64,000 bases of DNA from Oscillibacter sp. (GTDB taxonomy: Bacteria; Bacillota; Clostridia; Oscillospirales; Oscillospiraceae), in contig NZ_JBEUWZ010000004.1 of NCBI RefSeq assembly GCF_040505565.1, positions 60,826-124,825 of the forward strand, given 5' to 3'. The notes beneath the pieces are model-generated. The model saw only the letters and a list, made by a program, of their open reading frames with translations, made no database searches and had not been told where the DNA came from. The first letter of the stretch is position 1. Each line of letters starts with the position of its first letter. A program made the position numbers and the translations under genes. Shown piece by piece: positions 8,725 to 18,509 of this stretch.

Positions 8725-10390
8725 TTGCTTTATCCTCCTTGATTTTCTCGATTAAACGGGCAAAGAAATCCCTCGCATCGTCCCGAAACGCCTTCGGTGT
8801 ATCTGCGGTATTGCTCAGCTCCTGATCGCACTTTTCGCGGAAGTAGTCGTCCTGCTGCTGGGCGGAGACACGGAGACGGGCGTACTTCTCGTCGATGCCG
8901 TCCCGCTCCATAATCCGCCGGACCCGCATCTCAATGGGCGATGTAACCGCCACGGTGCAGTCGCATAGCTTGTCGAGGCCGGACTCAAAGAGATTGATGG
9001 CGTCCAGCGCGCAGAGCTTTCCCTCAAACGCAGCAATCCGCCGCTCCACTTCCGGCCGGAGAAACCGGAACACGATGTCATTGAGCTGGTCCAGCCGGTC
9101 GGAGTCGCCGAAGACCAGCTCGCCCAGAGCCTTGCGGTTCAATGTCCCATTGGGATTGAAGACCTCCGAGCCAAAGGTCTCTGCAATGGCGCCGCGCAGT
9201 CCCGCGTCCGTGTTCAGCAGCTCATAATAAACCGCGTCGCAGTCCAGCGCCAGTCCGCCCAGGTCCTCAACGGCTTTCAGCGCGCTGGTCTTGCCCGCGC
9301 CGGTGCCGCCGGTGAGGCCCAGAACAATGCTCTCTTCCTCCACGTCCACCACATGGAACCCGGCCGCCTTTTTCAGCCGGTTGCCAATGGCCAGCCCCAG
9401 CCCCCGGTTGTCCGGGCACTGGGCCAGAATCTCCGTTACATCGCTCCCGTCAAAGGTCCGCAGCGCGTCGAACACCCGCTGAGCCTGAACCTCCTTGTCG
9501 TCAACAGGGCCCAGAAGGTGGGTCTCATGACCTTGAAACAGCGATGCAAACTCGTCAAAGCAGATCACGCCGGTACCGGCCTTCAGCCGCTGGACGATAG
9601 CCTGAGCTGTCCGGCGGGGATTGCCCGTGAACACGGTGACGGCGGCTTTCGGTGCGTAATGGCGGTACTTCATGCCGGGGGCCCTGGGCTTTTCGTTCTC
9701 CCCCAACGGCGCGGTGACTGCCTTATCCACCTCGATCTCCCCAAGAACCCGCTGAAGGTCCTCCAGCGGCAATCCGCCGGGACGGAGCAACCGGGGCGGC
9801 GTCACCGTCAGATCTATGATTGTGGACTCCACACCCACGGAGCAGGGTCCGCCGTCCACAATGCCCTCAATCTTGCCGGACATATCCTCCGCAACGTCCG
9901 CCGCGGTAGTGCAGCTGGGGCGTCCAGAGGTGTTGGCGGAGGGCGCGGCGATGGGGACCCCCGCATAGCGGATGATGGCCTGCGTCACCAGGTGGGCCGG
10001 GCATCGGACGCCCACGGAGTTCAGTCCCGCCGTGGTCACGTCGGGGATGACGGGTTTCCGCTTCAAAATCATCGTCAGCGGTCCCGGCCAGAAATTCCGC
10101 GCCAGCGTGTATGCCAGAGGCGGCACATCCTCGCAGAACCGGGGCAGCCACTGGGCGGAGGGCACGTGGATGATGAGGGGGTTGTCCTGAGGCCGGCCCT
10201 TCGCCTCAAAGATGCGGCGCACCGCCTCCGGGTTCAGCGCGTTGGCCCCTAGGCCGTACACCGTCTCCGTGGGGATGGCCAGCAGCCCGCCGGAGCGGAT
10301 GATATCCGCCGCCATCTCGATTTTTTCCTCCACAATCCTTTGCTGACCCTTAATGTTGGTTAAATCAATCAGTTTTGTCTCCATGGTCAT
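8711..10390 (-). CDS. tsaC-coaE: Fusion protein: L-threonylcarbamoyladenylate synthase (Sua5/TsaC2 type) plus dephospho-CoA kinase
   Basis: The N-terminal ~345 aa carry the YrdC domain (AIPTETVYGLGANA), the KGRP..NPLI motif and the Sua5 C-domain (MKYRHYAP). The C-terminal ~205 aa carry the CoaE P-loop GLTGGTGAGKTS and CoaE-like spacing. It is a single uninterrupted ORF. Confidence 0.85.
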   Translation of the reverse strand: MTMETKLIDLTNIKGQQRIVEEKIEMAADIIRSGGLLAIPTETVYGLGANALNPEAVRRIFEAKGRPQDNPLIIHVPSAQWLPRFCEDVPPLAYTLARNFWPGPLTMILKRKPVIPDVTTAGLNSVGVRCPAHLVTQAIIRYAGVPIAAPSANTSGRPSCTTAADVAEDMSGKIEGIVDGGPCSVGVESTIIDLTVTPPRLLRPGGLPLEDLQRVLGEIEVDKAVTAPLGENEKPRAPGMKYRHYAPKAAVTVFTGNPRRTAQAIVQRLKAGTGVICFDEFASLFQGHETHLLGPVDDKEVQAQRVFDALRTFDGSDVTEILAQCPDNRGLGLAIGNRLKKAAGFHVVDVEEESIVLGLTGGTGAGKTSALKAVEDLGGLALDCDAVYYELLNTDAGLRGAIAETFGSEVFNPNGTLNRKALGELVFGDSDRLDQLNDIVFRFLRPEVERRIAAFEGKLCALDAINLFESGLDKLCDCTVAVTSPIEMRVRRIMERDGIDEKYARLRVSAQQQDDYFREKCDQELSNTADTPKAFRDDARDFFARLIEKIKEDKANGRG

Positions 10391-10421
10391 ACCTTCTATT
10401 TTACACGGGTCCCGCCCGCTT

Positions 10422-11489
10422 TTATTTCTCCTGTTTGCGCAGCTTTTCCGCCGTGTCGGCGGCGATCAGCGCGTCAATCAGCTCATCCAGATCGCCGTCC
10501 ATGACGGCGTCGATCTTATAGAGCGTCAGTCCAATGCGGTGGTCCGTCACCCGACCCTGAGGGAAGTTATAGGTGCGGATGCGCTCACTCCGGTCCCCGC
10601 TGCCCACCTGACTGCGGCGGCGGGCGGCCTGAGCCGCGTCCTGCTTCGCAAGCTCCGCCTCATAAAGTCTGGAGCGAAGTACCTTCATGGCCTTGTCCTT
10701 GTTCTTGAACTGACTCCGTTCTTCCTGACACTCCACCACTGTCCCGGTGGGCAAATGGGTGATGCGAATGGCGGATTCGGTCTTGTTGATGTGCTGTCCC
10801 CCCGCGCCGGAAGAACGGTAGGTGTCGATCTTCAAATCGCCGGGGGCAATGGTGAATTCCACCTCCTGCGCCTCCGGCAGCACCGCCACCGTGGCGGCGC
10901 TGGTGTGGATGCGCCCGGCGGACTCCGTCTCCGGCACCCGCTGGACCCGGTGAACACCGCTTTCAAATTTGAACCGGGACCAGGCCCCGTCACCCTCGAC
11001 AAGAAAGCTGATTTCCTTCACACCGCCCAGCTCTGTGCGGTTTTCACTGACCACATCCACGGAAAAGCCCTTCCGCTCGGCGTACATACCGTACATGCGG
11101 AAAAGGGACGCGGCAAACAGTGCGCTTTCCTCTCCGCCTACACCACCGCGGATCTCCACCACAACGTTCCGCCCGTCCTCCGGGTCCCGGGGCAAAAGCA
11201 GCCGCTTCAGCTCCTGTTCCAGCCGCTCCGCCTCCGCCTTTGCGTCAGGCATCTCCTCCTGAGCCATGGCCCGCAGCTCCGGGTCGCTCAGCAAATCCTC
11301 CGTCTCCCGCAGGCGGCAGTCCGCCTGCTCCCAGGCGGAGAATGCCTCCACAACCGGAGTCAGTTCTTTCAGTTCCTGATTTACCACCCGCAGTCGGTCC
11401 GGACTGCCATAGACCGACGGGTCGCTCAATTGAGATTGCAGCGCGTCGTACCGCGTTGCGACCTCCCTCAGTTTTTCAAGCAAGCTCAT
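10422..11489 (-). CDS. prfA: Peptide chain release factor 1
   Basis: The GGQ motif (SGAGGQHINKTESAIRITHLPTG) and a PxT-type anticodon motif (RVPETES) are present. 355 aa. Confidence 0.95.
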   Translation of the reverse strand: MSLLEKLREVATRYDALQSQLSDPSVYGSPDRLRVVNQELKELTPVVEAFSAWEQADCRLRETEDLLSDPELRAMAQEEMPDAKAEAERLEQELKRLLLPRDPEDGRNVVVEIRGGVGGEESALFAASLFRMYGMYAERKGFSVDVVSENRTELGGVKEISFLVEGDGAWSRFKFESGVHRVQRVPETESAGRIHTSAATVAVLPEAQEVEFTIAPGDLKIDTYRSSGAGGQHINKTESAIRITHLPTGTVVECQEERSQFKNKDKAMKVLRSRLYEAELAKQDAAQAARRRSQVGSGDRSERIRTYNFPQGRVTDHRIGLTLYKIDAVMDGDLDELIDALIAADTAEKLRKQEK

Positions 11490-11523
11490 GCCTCCCCTCT
11501 CTTAATTTTAGTTGGGGAAGCAG

Positions 11524-12024
11524 CTAATCCTGAATCTCCTCGCCTTCCAGAAAAGCCCGCGTCCGACGGAGAAATTCCTCCTGCCAGAAGTGGTAGCCAA
11601 CAGAGCCGGCCCGCAGAGACACGGCGGTCCGGTGGGGCTGAGAGAGGTACTTATCCATCTGCTGATAGACCTCCTCGCACTTGCCGTTACCTCCGCGGAG
11701 AAGCACGTAGGACACATTGGTTAAAAGATATCCCTTCTCCTTCAAAAAGCCGCGTATCACGCTGCTGCACCGCCCGGCCCAGACCGGCGTACCCAAAATC
11801 ACCAGCTTGTAATTCGCCAGAGGCTTTTTCGTCTCAAAAGGTTGGAGCGGCGCCACCGTGCGGCGCATAGCATCCATGCCGCTGCGGAGAAAACCCTTTG
11901 CGCCGCTGCGGTCCACGCCGTCGTTCAGCTCCACCAACTCGGCGTCAAGTGCCATCGCCAGCTCTTCCATAGCAGCCTTGGTGTTCCCCGTTCGGGTCGA
12001 ATACATACATAAAATATCGCTCAT
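11524..12024 (-). CDS. Flavodoxin-family protein
   Basis: The N-terminal ILCMYSTRTGNTKAAMEELA matches the flavodoxin FMN-phosphate loop (S/T-x-T-G-x-T). 166 aa. Confidence 0.7.
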   Translation of the reverse strand: MSDILCMYSTRTGNTKAAMEELAMALDAELVELNDGVDRSGAKGFLRSGMDAMRRTVAPLQPFETKKPLANYKLVILGTPVWAGRCSSVIRGFLKEKGYLLTNVSYVLLRGGNGKCEEVYQQMDKYLSQPHRTAVSLRAGSVGYHFWQEEFLRRTRAFLEGEEIQD

Positions 12025-12059
12025 AAGACCTCCTTGGTCTCTCGCGGGTACGCCCGCGG

Positions 12060-12818
12060 TCAGTCAAATAGTACGGTCTTCACCAGCGCGAAGGCCTCAC
12101 GCGCATAGTAGTTGACGGAAAGCCACACCCAAGGCAGCTTTGCAGGAACATCGAAGACATTCAGTCCCGCCCGCTGGGCGATCAGATTGGCCCGGAAGGC
12201 GTGAAAATCGTTGGTAATCACGGCGACGGAAGCGCTTGCTGCATCCACTCCGTTCTCCTCCAGCAACTTCTTTGAATACCGGAAATTTTCTGCCGTGCTG
12301 GTGGAAGTCTCCTCCAGAATCAGCCGGTTCGGGTTGATGCCTCTCTCCGTCAGCGCCGTAAACATGGCCTGTGCCTCGGTGATGTCCTCCCCCGGACCCT
12401 TCCCGCCGGAGAGCACCGCCGGCACGTCCGGGTGGGCCGTCAGGTACTCCGCCGCCGCGTCGATTCGGGTGGAGAGGGCCAAGGACGGCGTCGTTCCGTT
12501 CACTCCCGCGCCAAGAACAATTACCGCGTCGGCTTTCAGTGCGGAATTATCCGCCGTTCCGTGGGAAACCAGCAGCGCCTCGATGGAGCAAAAACCCACA
12601 ATTCCCACAGAAATGATTGCAAGGAAAATCACTTTACAAATTCTGCCGCTTCGACTTTCCTCCGCCCAGCGGAGCAAAGCCGCCCACAGGGCAAGCCCTC
12701 CTGCAATTCCCGCGCACAAGCAGGCGGAAAACTTCACGCCGGGGACAAACCAAAGCCCCATCGCCACCATCAAAAATACGCCTGACGCAGCCAGCGAAAG
12801 ACGGATGGATTTTTTCAC
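12060..12818 (-). CDS. YdcF/DUF218-family membrane-anchored protein
   Basis: N-terminal TM segments are followed by ADAVIVLGAGV...SGGKGPGEDITEA...TST.EN, typical of DUF218. There is a 4-nt overlap with the upstream ABC-F gene. Confidence 0.75.
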   Translation of the reverse strand: MKKSIRLSLAASGVFLMVAMGLWFVPGVKFSACLCAGIAGGLALWAALLRWAEESRSGRICKVIFLAIISVGIVGFCSIEALLVSHGTADNSALKADAVIVLGAGVNGTTPSLALSTRIDAAAEYLTAHPDVPAVLSGGKGPGEDITEAQAMFTALTERGINPNRLILEETSTSTAENFRYSKKLLEENGVDAASASVAVITNDFHAFRANLIAQRAGLNVFDVPAKLPWVWLSVNYYAREAFALVKTVLFD

Positions 12819-14713
12819 TCAGCCGCCTCCGAAAGTGCCTCCCACTTTTCATATAGCTCGTCCAGCGCGGCCTGCACGGCATCCTTTTCCGCCATCAGCC
12901 CGTTCAGCTTTTCATAATCGCAGGCCGCGTCGATCATGTCCTGGTCCAGCTTCTGGAGAAGTTCCTCCGTCTCGGAGATGTGGTGTTCGCAAATAACCAG
13001 CTGCTTCCGGGCGGCGGTCTGCTCCCGGCCTGTGCGGGGTGGTCTTTCCGTAATGTCTTTTTCCTTAACAGGTTTTGTATTTTCCCGCTTTTGAAGCACT
13101 TCTCTCGCCTTGTCCGCCCGGTACTGAGTGAAGCTCATGGGCCAGTCGGTGATGGTGCCGTCCGCGATCTCCCAGATGCGGGTGGCAAAGCGGTTGATAA
13201 AATAACGATCGTGGGAGACGAACAGCAGCGTTCCGTCAAAACTTTCCACCGCATCCTCAATCCACTCCCGGGAGTCAATATCCAGATGGTTGGTTGGCTC
13301 GTCCAGAATCAAAAAGTTGATCTCCTCGTCCATCAGCATGCAAAGCCGCAGTCGGCTCTGTTCCCCACCCGAGAGGACGGAGACGGACTTAAACACATCC
13401 TCGCCGCGAAAATCGTAGGATGCCAGCCGATTTCGGGCGCTGGATTCCGTCATGCTCTTTTTCACTGCATGGAGATTCTCCACCAGATTCCAATTGGGGT
13501 GGTCGAAGTGGATGATCTGGGGCAGATAGGCCGGCTTGATGGCCGGTCCCAGCTTGATACGTCCGTCGTCGGGGTAATCCTCGTCCATAATCATTTTGAT
13601 GAGCGTGGATTTTCCTGTGCCGTTGTCTCCGATGAGTGCGATGCGCTCTCCGCCCTCCACCTTCAGGCTGATGCCTTCGAACAGGTGCTTATCGCCGAAG
13701 GACTTGGCCACATTGCGCAGCGTCAGCACCTCGTCGCCCTGAAACTCCACGGAAGAAAATCGGGCGTCCATCTTCCGTCGCTTTGTGGGACGGTCGGTGG
13801 TGCGCATCCGCTCGATGCGCTTTTCCATGGAAAACGCCCGCTTGTACATGGCGTCGTTTCCCATAAATGCCCACAACCGCAGGCGGTCCGCCGCCTCGGT
13901 GAGTTGGGATATCTTGGCCTGTTCCTTTTCGTACTGTTTCAGCTTTTCCTGATAGCGCTTTTCCTTTTCAACGGCGTAAAAACTGTAATTTCCACTGTAA
14001 AACTCCGCTTTGCCGCCATTGATCTCGATGATGCGATTCACTGCCCGGTCCAGGAAGTACCGGTCGTGGGAAATTGCCACCACGGTGCCCTTGAAGCGGG
14101 AGATATAATCCTCCAGCCACTCCGTGGCATGGAGGTCCAGATGGTTGGTAGGCTCGTCCAGAAGAAGAACATCCGTGTCCTCCAGAATCAGCCGCCCCAG
14201 ATTCACCCGGGTCTTCTCCCCGCCGGAGAGGCGGTCGAAGGGCTCCTTGCGCATGGACAAGGGGATGGAAAGGCCGTTTGCCACCTTGTTGACGGCCACT
14301 TCTGTGTCGTATCCGCCAAAGGTCTCAAATTTCTCCGTCAGCATCCCATACCGCCTCAGCAGCGCCGGATCACTCTCCCCCGCCGCCATGCGCCGGGCGA
14401 TGTCCTCCATCTCCTGCGCCAGAGCGGAAAGGCGAGTGAACGCCGAGCGGAGCACGTCCTCCACCGTGAATCCCTCCGGATAGATGGGAATCTGGGAGAT
14501 CAGTCCCATTCGGTGGCCCTTCGCCAGCGACACGCTGCCGGCGTCATAGTCCAGCTCACCGGTGAGGATGCGGAACAGCGTGGTCTTTCCCGCGCCGTTG
14601 GGGCCCAGAAGCCCTACCCGCTCTCCCTCATCGATCTGAAAGGTCAGCCCATCCAGTATTTTCTTTTCCAAATCGAAGGACTTAACCAGCCCCTCTACCT
14701 GTATCTCTATCAT
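12815..14713 (-). CDS. ABC-F family ATPase (two NBDs, no TMD, coiled-coil C-terminal extension)
   Basis: Two Walker A sites (GPNGAGKTT, GDNGTGKST) and two LSGGE signatures are present. There is an ~80-aa inter-NBD linker and a coiled-coil tail. The linker length looks housekeeping-like (Uup/YdiF) rather than antibiotic-resistance type. Confidence 0.9.
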   Translation of the reverse strand: MIEIQVEGLVKSFDLEKKILDGLTFQIDEGERVGLLGPNGAGKTTLFRILTGELDYDAGSVSLAKGHRMGLISQIPIYPEGFTVEDVLRSAFTRLSALAQEMEDIARRMAAGESDPALLRRYGMLTEKFETFGGYDTEVAVNKVANGLSIPLSMRKEPFDRLSGGEKTRVNLGRLILEDTDVLLLDEPTNHLDLHATEWLEDYISRFKGTVVAISHDRYFLDRAVNRIIEINGGKAEFYSGNYSFYAVEKEKRYQEKLKQYEKEQAKISQLTEAADRLRLWAFMGNDAMYKRAFSMEKRIERMRTTDRPTKRRKMDARFSSVEFQGDEVLTLRNVAKSFGDKHLFEGISLKVEGGERIALIGDNGTGKSTLIKMIMDEDYPDDGRIKLGPAIKPAYLPQIIHFDHPNWNLVENLHAVKKSMTESSARNRLASYDFRGEDVFKSVSVLSGGEQSRLRLCMLMDEEINFLILDEPTNHLDIDSREWIEDAVESFDGTLLFVSHDRYFINRFATRIWEIADGTITDWPMSFTQYRADKAREVLQKRENTKPVKEKDITERPPRTGREQTAARKQLVICEHHISETEELLQKLDQDMIDAACDYEKLNGLMAEKDAVQAALDELYEKWEALSEAAE

Positions 14714-14722
14714 TGGTAATCC

Positions 14723-16105
14723 TTAATCCTGATAATCCTGCTCTTTCAAAAATTCCACAATGGTCTCAAAGTGCATGGAAAAATGAGACGCCTTCACCAG
14801 AGCGCTGGTATCCGGGCCGAACTGCCGCAACAGTTCCTCCCGGGCCGAGTCCTTGTCGGGGAAATGAATGGCGCTTCCACCGGAGGCCAGCGTGCCCTCC
14901 GCGATCTTCTCCGCCTTCTGCCCGATGGCAATCACCATGTCAATTCCCAGCATGGCCGCCAGTGCGCCGATGTTGTAGTGAGCGGCCTCACCGTGGTCTC
15001 CCAGTTCACCCATGTCGCCCAAAATCGCCAGCTTGTGACTCCCAGTGCTCTTTGCCAGCACCTCCAGTCCCGCCGCCACCGATTGGGGATTGGCGTTATA
15101 GCAGTCGTTTAAAATAATGCGCCGACCCGGAAGCCGCACAACCTCCATGCGATTTCCCACACCCAGAAAGGACGCGACCCCGGAGACGATCTGCTGGCGG
15201 CTCAGACCCAGCATTTCCGCAATAGCTACCGCCATGGAGGCGCAGTATACCAGATGCTGTCCCGGTGCGTTAATGGTCAGATCATAGACGTCCTTTTTTG
15301 TGGTAACGCGGCAGGTGATGCCGTCAAGCCCATGGTCGCTGACATCGGTTACGCGGATGCCGCAATGCTCCGACTGACCGCAGCGCAGGGTGGTAAACGG
15401 CAGCTCCAGCGTATTCAGCAGCGCGTCGTCCCCGTTGAGGATGGCGGTGCCGCCGGGCTTGAGAAAGTCAAAAATCTCGCTCTTGGCCTTTAAAATTCCC
15501 TCCCGGCTGCCCAAAAATTCAATGTGGGCGTCACCGATGTTGGAGATGACGGCGATATCCGGCCGCACCAGCTCCCCCAGATAGTGAATCTCACCGAAGT
15601 GGTTCATACCGGTCTCAATGACCGCCGCCTGATGCTCCGGCATCAGCTGGAACATCGTCAGCGGAGTCCCGATGTCGTTGTTGAAATTCTCCGGCGTCTT
15701 CAAAATATTCAGTCCCGCGGAGAGAACGGCGGCAATCATTTCCTTGGTGGTAGTCTTACCCACGGAGCCGGTAATCTGGACAAAGGGGATGTCGAACCGG
15801 TCCCGGTAAGTCGAGGCCAGAGCCTTGAGCGCCAGACGGGTATCGTCTACCTTGATATAAAATCTGTCGGAACGAAGATCTGCGGGCAATCGGGTGCACA
15901 GGGTTCCGGCCGCGCCGGATTCCAGCGCCTTGTCAATGAAATCGTGGCCGTCGAAATTTTCACCCTTCCAGGGCACGAACAGGCAGCCGGGAACCAGGTC
16001 CCGGCTGTCGGTACATACGGCCGACACGGCGGGAGCGTCCTCCCGCGGATTCCACCAGACTCCGCGAACAGCGGCCTCGATCTCTCTGACTGTCATTGGC
16101 AGCAT
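14723..16105 (-). CDS. murF: UDP-N-acetylmuramoyl-tripeptide--D-alanyl-D-alanine ligase
   Basis: Mur ligase P-loop ITGSVGKTTTKE. 460 aa. It lies immediately downstream of ddl. Confidence 0.9.
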   Translation of the reverse strand: MLPMTVREIEAAVRGVWWNPREDAPAVSAVCTDSRDLVPGCLFVPWKGENFDGHDFIDKALESGAAGTLCTRLPADLRSDRFYIKVDDTRLALKALASTYRDRFDIPFVQITGSVGKTTTKEMIAAVLSAGLNILKTPENFNNDIGTPLTMFQLMPEHQAAVIETGMNHFGEIHYLGELVRPDIAVISNIGDAHIEFLGSREGILKAKSEIFDFLKPGGTAILNGDDALLNTLELPFTTLRCGQSEHCGIRVTDVSDHGLDGITCRVTTKKDVYDLTINAPGQHLVYCASMAVAIAEMLGLSRQQIVSGVASFLGVGNRMEVVRLPGRRIILNDCYNANPQSVAAGLEVLAKSTGSHKLAILGDMGELGDHGEAAHYNIGALAAMLGIDMVIAIGQKAEKIAEGTLASGGSAIHFPDKDSAREELLRQFGPDTSALVKASHFSMHFETIVEFLKEQDYQD

Positions 16106-16106
16106 G

Positions 16107-17156
16107 TTAATTCTTCCTCCTTAAAGACAACTGAACGATCTCCTCGCAGAGATCATCATATGTAAGTCCCACGGCGGCAGCCTCCTTGGGCATCAGGCTG
16201 GCAGGGGTCAGCCCCGGCAGGGAGTTGGTCTCCAAACACCATGGCACGCCGTCCCCGTCCAGAACAAAATCAGCACGGGAATAGACGGACAGGCCCAGCA
16301 GCTGATGAAGCTTCAGCGCCATCTCCCCGATTTCCTGCTGCTGCTCCTCCGTGAGGTTGGCGGGGCACAGCTCCAGCGCGGCGCCGGACTGATATTTTGC
16401 CTCATAGTCGAATTTTCCCTTGGCGGAAATCACCTCCACTGGCGGCAGCCACCTCTCGCCCAGCACCGCAGTGAAAATATCCCGGCCCATGATCCGCTCC
16501 TCCACGATGACCTGGCTGTCAAAGCGCAGAACGTCCCGCAAAGCGGCTTTCAGTTCCTCCCTCGTCTCCGGCAGGTAGACGCCAAGAGACGACCCGCTCC
16601 CCGGCGTCTTCACGACGCATGGCATCGTCAGCCCCTCCGCCAGCGCGGCCACATCCGTCTCGCCGTACTCCGCCATACGCCACTTGGGCGTACGGATTCC
16701 GGCAGCGTCCATCATCCGCTTCGTGACGATCTTATCCATCGCCATGGCGGAGGACAGGTGGCCGGAGCCGGTATAGGGAATCCCCAGCAGGTCCAGTGTC
16801 GCCTGAATGCGTCCGTCCTCTCCGCTCTCGCCGTGGAGTCCCACGAACACGAGGTCCGCCAGAGCGCAGACGTTCAGAACATCCTTTCCGATCAGTCCGT
16901 GACTTTGGAACTTCCGACCGCGGCGTACCGCGTCCAGATCCGGCTCGCAGGTTCGGATCGCGGCGTCCCCGCACCGACCGTCCGGTGCGTCAAACAGCGC
17001 CTCCAGCGGACCGTCATAGTCCTCCAGACCCAAAAACAGGTCCACCAGCACCGCCTGATGACCTTTCCTGCGCAAGGCTTTGCAAACAGCCGTTCCCGTT
17101 ACCAGCGAGACCTCCCGCTCTGGAGACAGGCCACCGGCCAATACGACAATTTTCAT
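16107..17156 (-). CDS. ddl: D-alanine--D-alanine ligase
   Basis: MKIVVLAGGLSPEREVSL..., an ATP-grasp body and a C-terminal EVNTxPG-like motif (LETNSLPGLT). The start was trimmed to MKIVVLAGG. The track's 27-aa N-terminal extension has no support. Confidence 0.9.
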   Translation of the reverse strand: MKIVVLAGGLSPEREVSLVTGTAVCKALRRKGHQAVLVDLFLGLEDYDGPLEALFDAPDGRCGDAAIRTCEPDLDAVRRGRKFQSHGLIGKDVLNVCALADLVFVGLHGESGEDGRIQATLDLLGIPYTGSGHLSSAMAMDKIVTKRMMDAAGIRTPKWRMAEYGETDVAALAEGLTMPCVVKTPGSGSSLGVYLPETREELKAALRDVLRFDSQVIVEERIMGRDIFTAVLGERWLPPVEVISAKGKFDYEAKYQSGAALELCPANLTEEQQQEIGEMALKLHQLLGLSVYSRADFVLDGDGVPWCLETNSLPGLTPASLMPKEAAAVGLTYDDLCEEIVQLSLRRKN

Positions 17157-17288
17157 GGTTCTCCCTTCCGCCGCCGTCGGCAGCCTATAAAACGCCCCAC
17201 AGCCACAGGACGGCCCCCCATCAGGTGGGCTATCCAATGATTATTTCAATCTGTACCAGTTTAGCACAAATTTTCCGTGAATACAAGC

Positions 17289-17327
17289 ACAGGAACCTGC
17301 CGGAAGAACTTTTCGGCAGGTTCCTGT
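17289..17327 (-). terminator. 14-bp perfect hairpin downstream of the SLH gene
   Basis: The arms acaggaacctgccg / cggcaggttcctgt were read directly. The U-tract on the minus strand is weak. Confidence 0.5.
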
Positions 17328-17385
17328 AGATTTTCTTGAATAAGGCCGCCGGGAGTAACGCAATTATAGGAAAAAGCGCACGATT

Positions 17386-18375
17386 TTACTTCATCCAGCC
17401 GAAGAACCCGGTGTCCTCTCCCTCAAGCAGCGTTCCCGCCGCGCAGAGCATCTGCGCCGCGTCCGCCCGCGTCATGGGCTGAGCGAGCGTATTGCTTCCG
17501 AAGCTGCCCGCCGCCATAACGCTGGCAGCCTCCATGTTGCCGACGGCCTGCGCCGCCCAGGAGGGCACCGCATCCCGATCTGCATACCATGTGGCAAGGT
17601 CCACGTCGCCCACTGCCAGCACCCGGTCCAGAATGGATGCGGCCTCGTTAAACGTCACCGGATCGGCGCTGCGAAATGCCGCCCCCGCCCCAGTGGAGAC
17701 GCCCTGGACAATGCCGTCGGCCAATCCCGCAGCGGCATAAGCCTTTGCCCATGTGGGGATCGCGTCGTCGTCGGAGAAGCCGGTCATGGTAACGGTATCC
17801 GCCGGAAGTTTTGCAAGCTCCATGGTCATGGCGAGGAATTCGCCCCGGGACACCGTGCGATCCGGTTCAAAGTAATACTTCCCGCCCATGCAGGCCCCGG
17901 TGAACACTCCGGTTTCCGCAAGATACTGGGCGGCAGCGGCGGCGGTGCAGTTTTTGGTGTCCTGATACTCCACGCCGGACTTCGTCTTATCCACCGTCAC
18001 GGTGACCGTGGCGGGGGCGGAGACGTTTCCTTTGGCATCCGCCACCACATAGGTGAAACTGTCCTTCCCGCTCTTACCTTCCGCGGGGGTATAGGTGAAA
18101 GTGTTGCCCGACACGGCAACGACACCCTTTTTCGGTGCGGTCGCTACGGTAAACGTCAAATCACCGTTTTCATCGTCCGTAGCCAGAAACTGTGCGCGGT
18201 AGGGAATGTTGCGGTAGGTCCTGATGGTAAGTTCTTTTGCGATGGGAGCGCCCTGCGCGGGAACGGCTGTCTCCTCGCTTTTCTTGCCGAACAATGCCTG
18301 AGCCGGCACGGTCATCATCAGCAGCAATGCCAGCAGCAGCGCCGGGACGCGAGCTTTCTTGTTTGTCATTTTCAA
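17386..18375 (-). CDS. Secreted Ig-like/cadherin-like repeat protein with SLH-type wall-binding domains
   Basis: Signal peptide MKMTNKKARVPALLLALLLMMTVPAQA. An Ig-like module follows (FTYTPAEGKSGKDSFTYVVADAKGNVS.PATVTVTV). SLH-like segments are present (VSRGEFLAMTMELA; ITRADAAQML-type). Confidence 0.7.
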   Translation of the reverse strand: MKMTNKKARVPALLLALLLMMTVPAQALFGKKSEETAVPAQGAPIAKELTIRTYRNIPYRAQFLATDDENGDLTFTVATAPKKGVVAVSGNTFTYTPAEGKSGKDSFTYVVADAKGNVSAPATVTVTVDKTKSGVEYQDTKNCTAAAAAQYLAETGVFTGACMGGKYYFEPDRTVSRGEFLAMTMELAKLPADTVTMTGFSDDDAIPTWAKAYAAAGLADGIVQGVSTGAGAAFRSADPVTFNEAASILDRVLAVGDVDLATWYADRDAVPSWAAQAVGNMEAASVMAAGSFGSNTLAQPMTRADAAQMLCAAGTLLEGEDTGFFGWMK

Positions 18376-18443
18376 GGGAACACGACCTCCTGTTGTAAAT
18401 TCTGTGTGGAGGTAGTGTTTGCCTTCCCGATAAGATTATACAG

Positions 18444-18473
18444 AAAAAAGAGCGGTTTTTGCCGCTCTTTTTT
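18444..18473 (-). terminator. Intrinsic terminator of the V-ATPase operon (A/T-flanked, potentially bidirectional)
   Basis: aaaaaagagcgg ttttt g ccgctctttttt, located 36 nt downstream of the subunit D stop. Confidence 0.7.
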
Positions 18474-18509
18474 CTGTATATTTTATCATGTGATTTTAAA
18501 ACTATAGGC

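Noticed and set aside
12980-14719. 579-aa plus-strand ORF
   Set aside because: It is the antisense shadow of the ABC-F ATPase gene. It has no motifs, and the sense gene has unambiguous Walker and signature motifs.
16107-17237. Long N-terminal extensions in track ORFs (ddl here; likewise gmk 59127-59846, def 55777-56358, coaX, pfp, ogt, comEC, DUF3048, DUF4364)
   Set aside because: The extensions lack RBSs, overlap neighbouring genes or are non-homologous. Internal starts with proper Shine-Dalgarno spacing and conserved N-termini were used instead.
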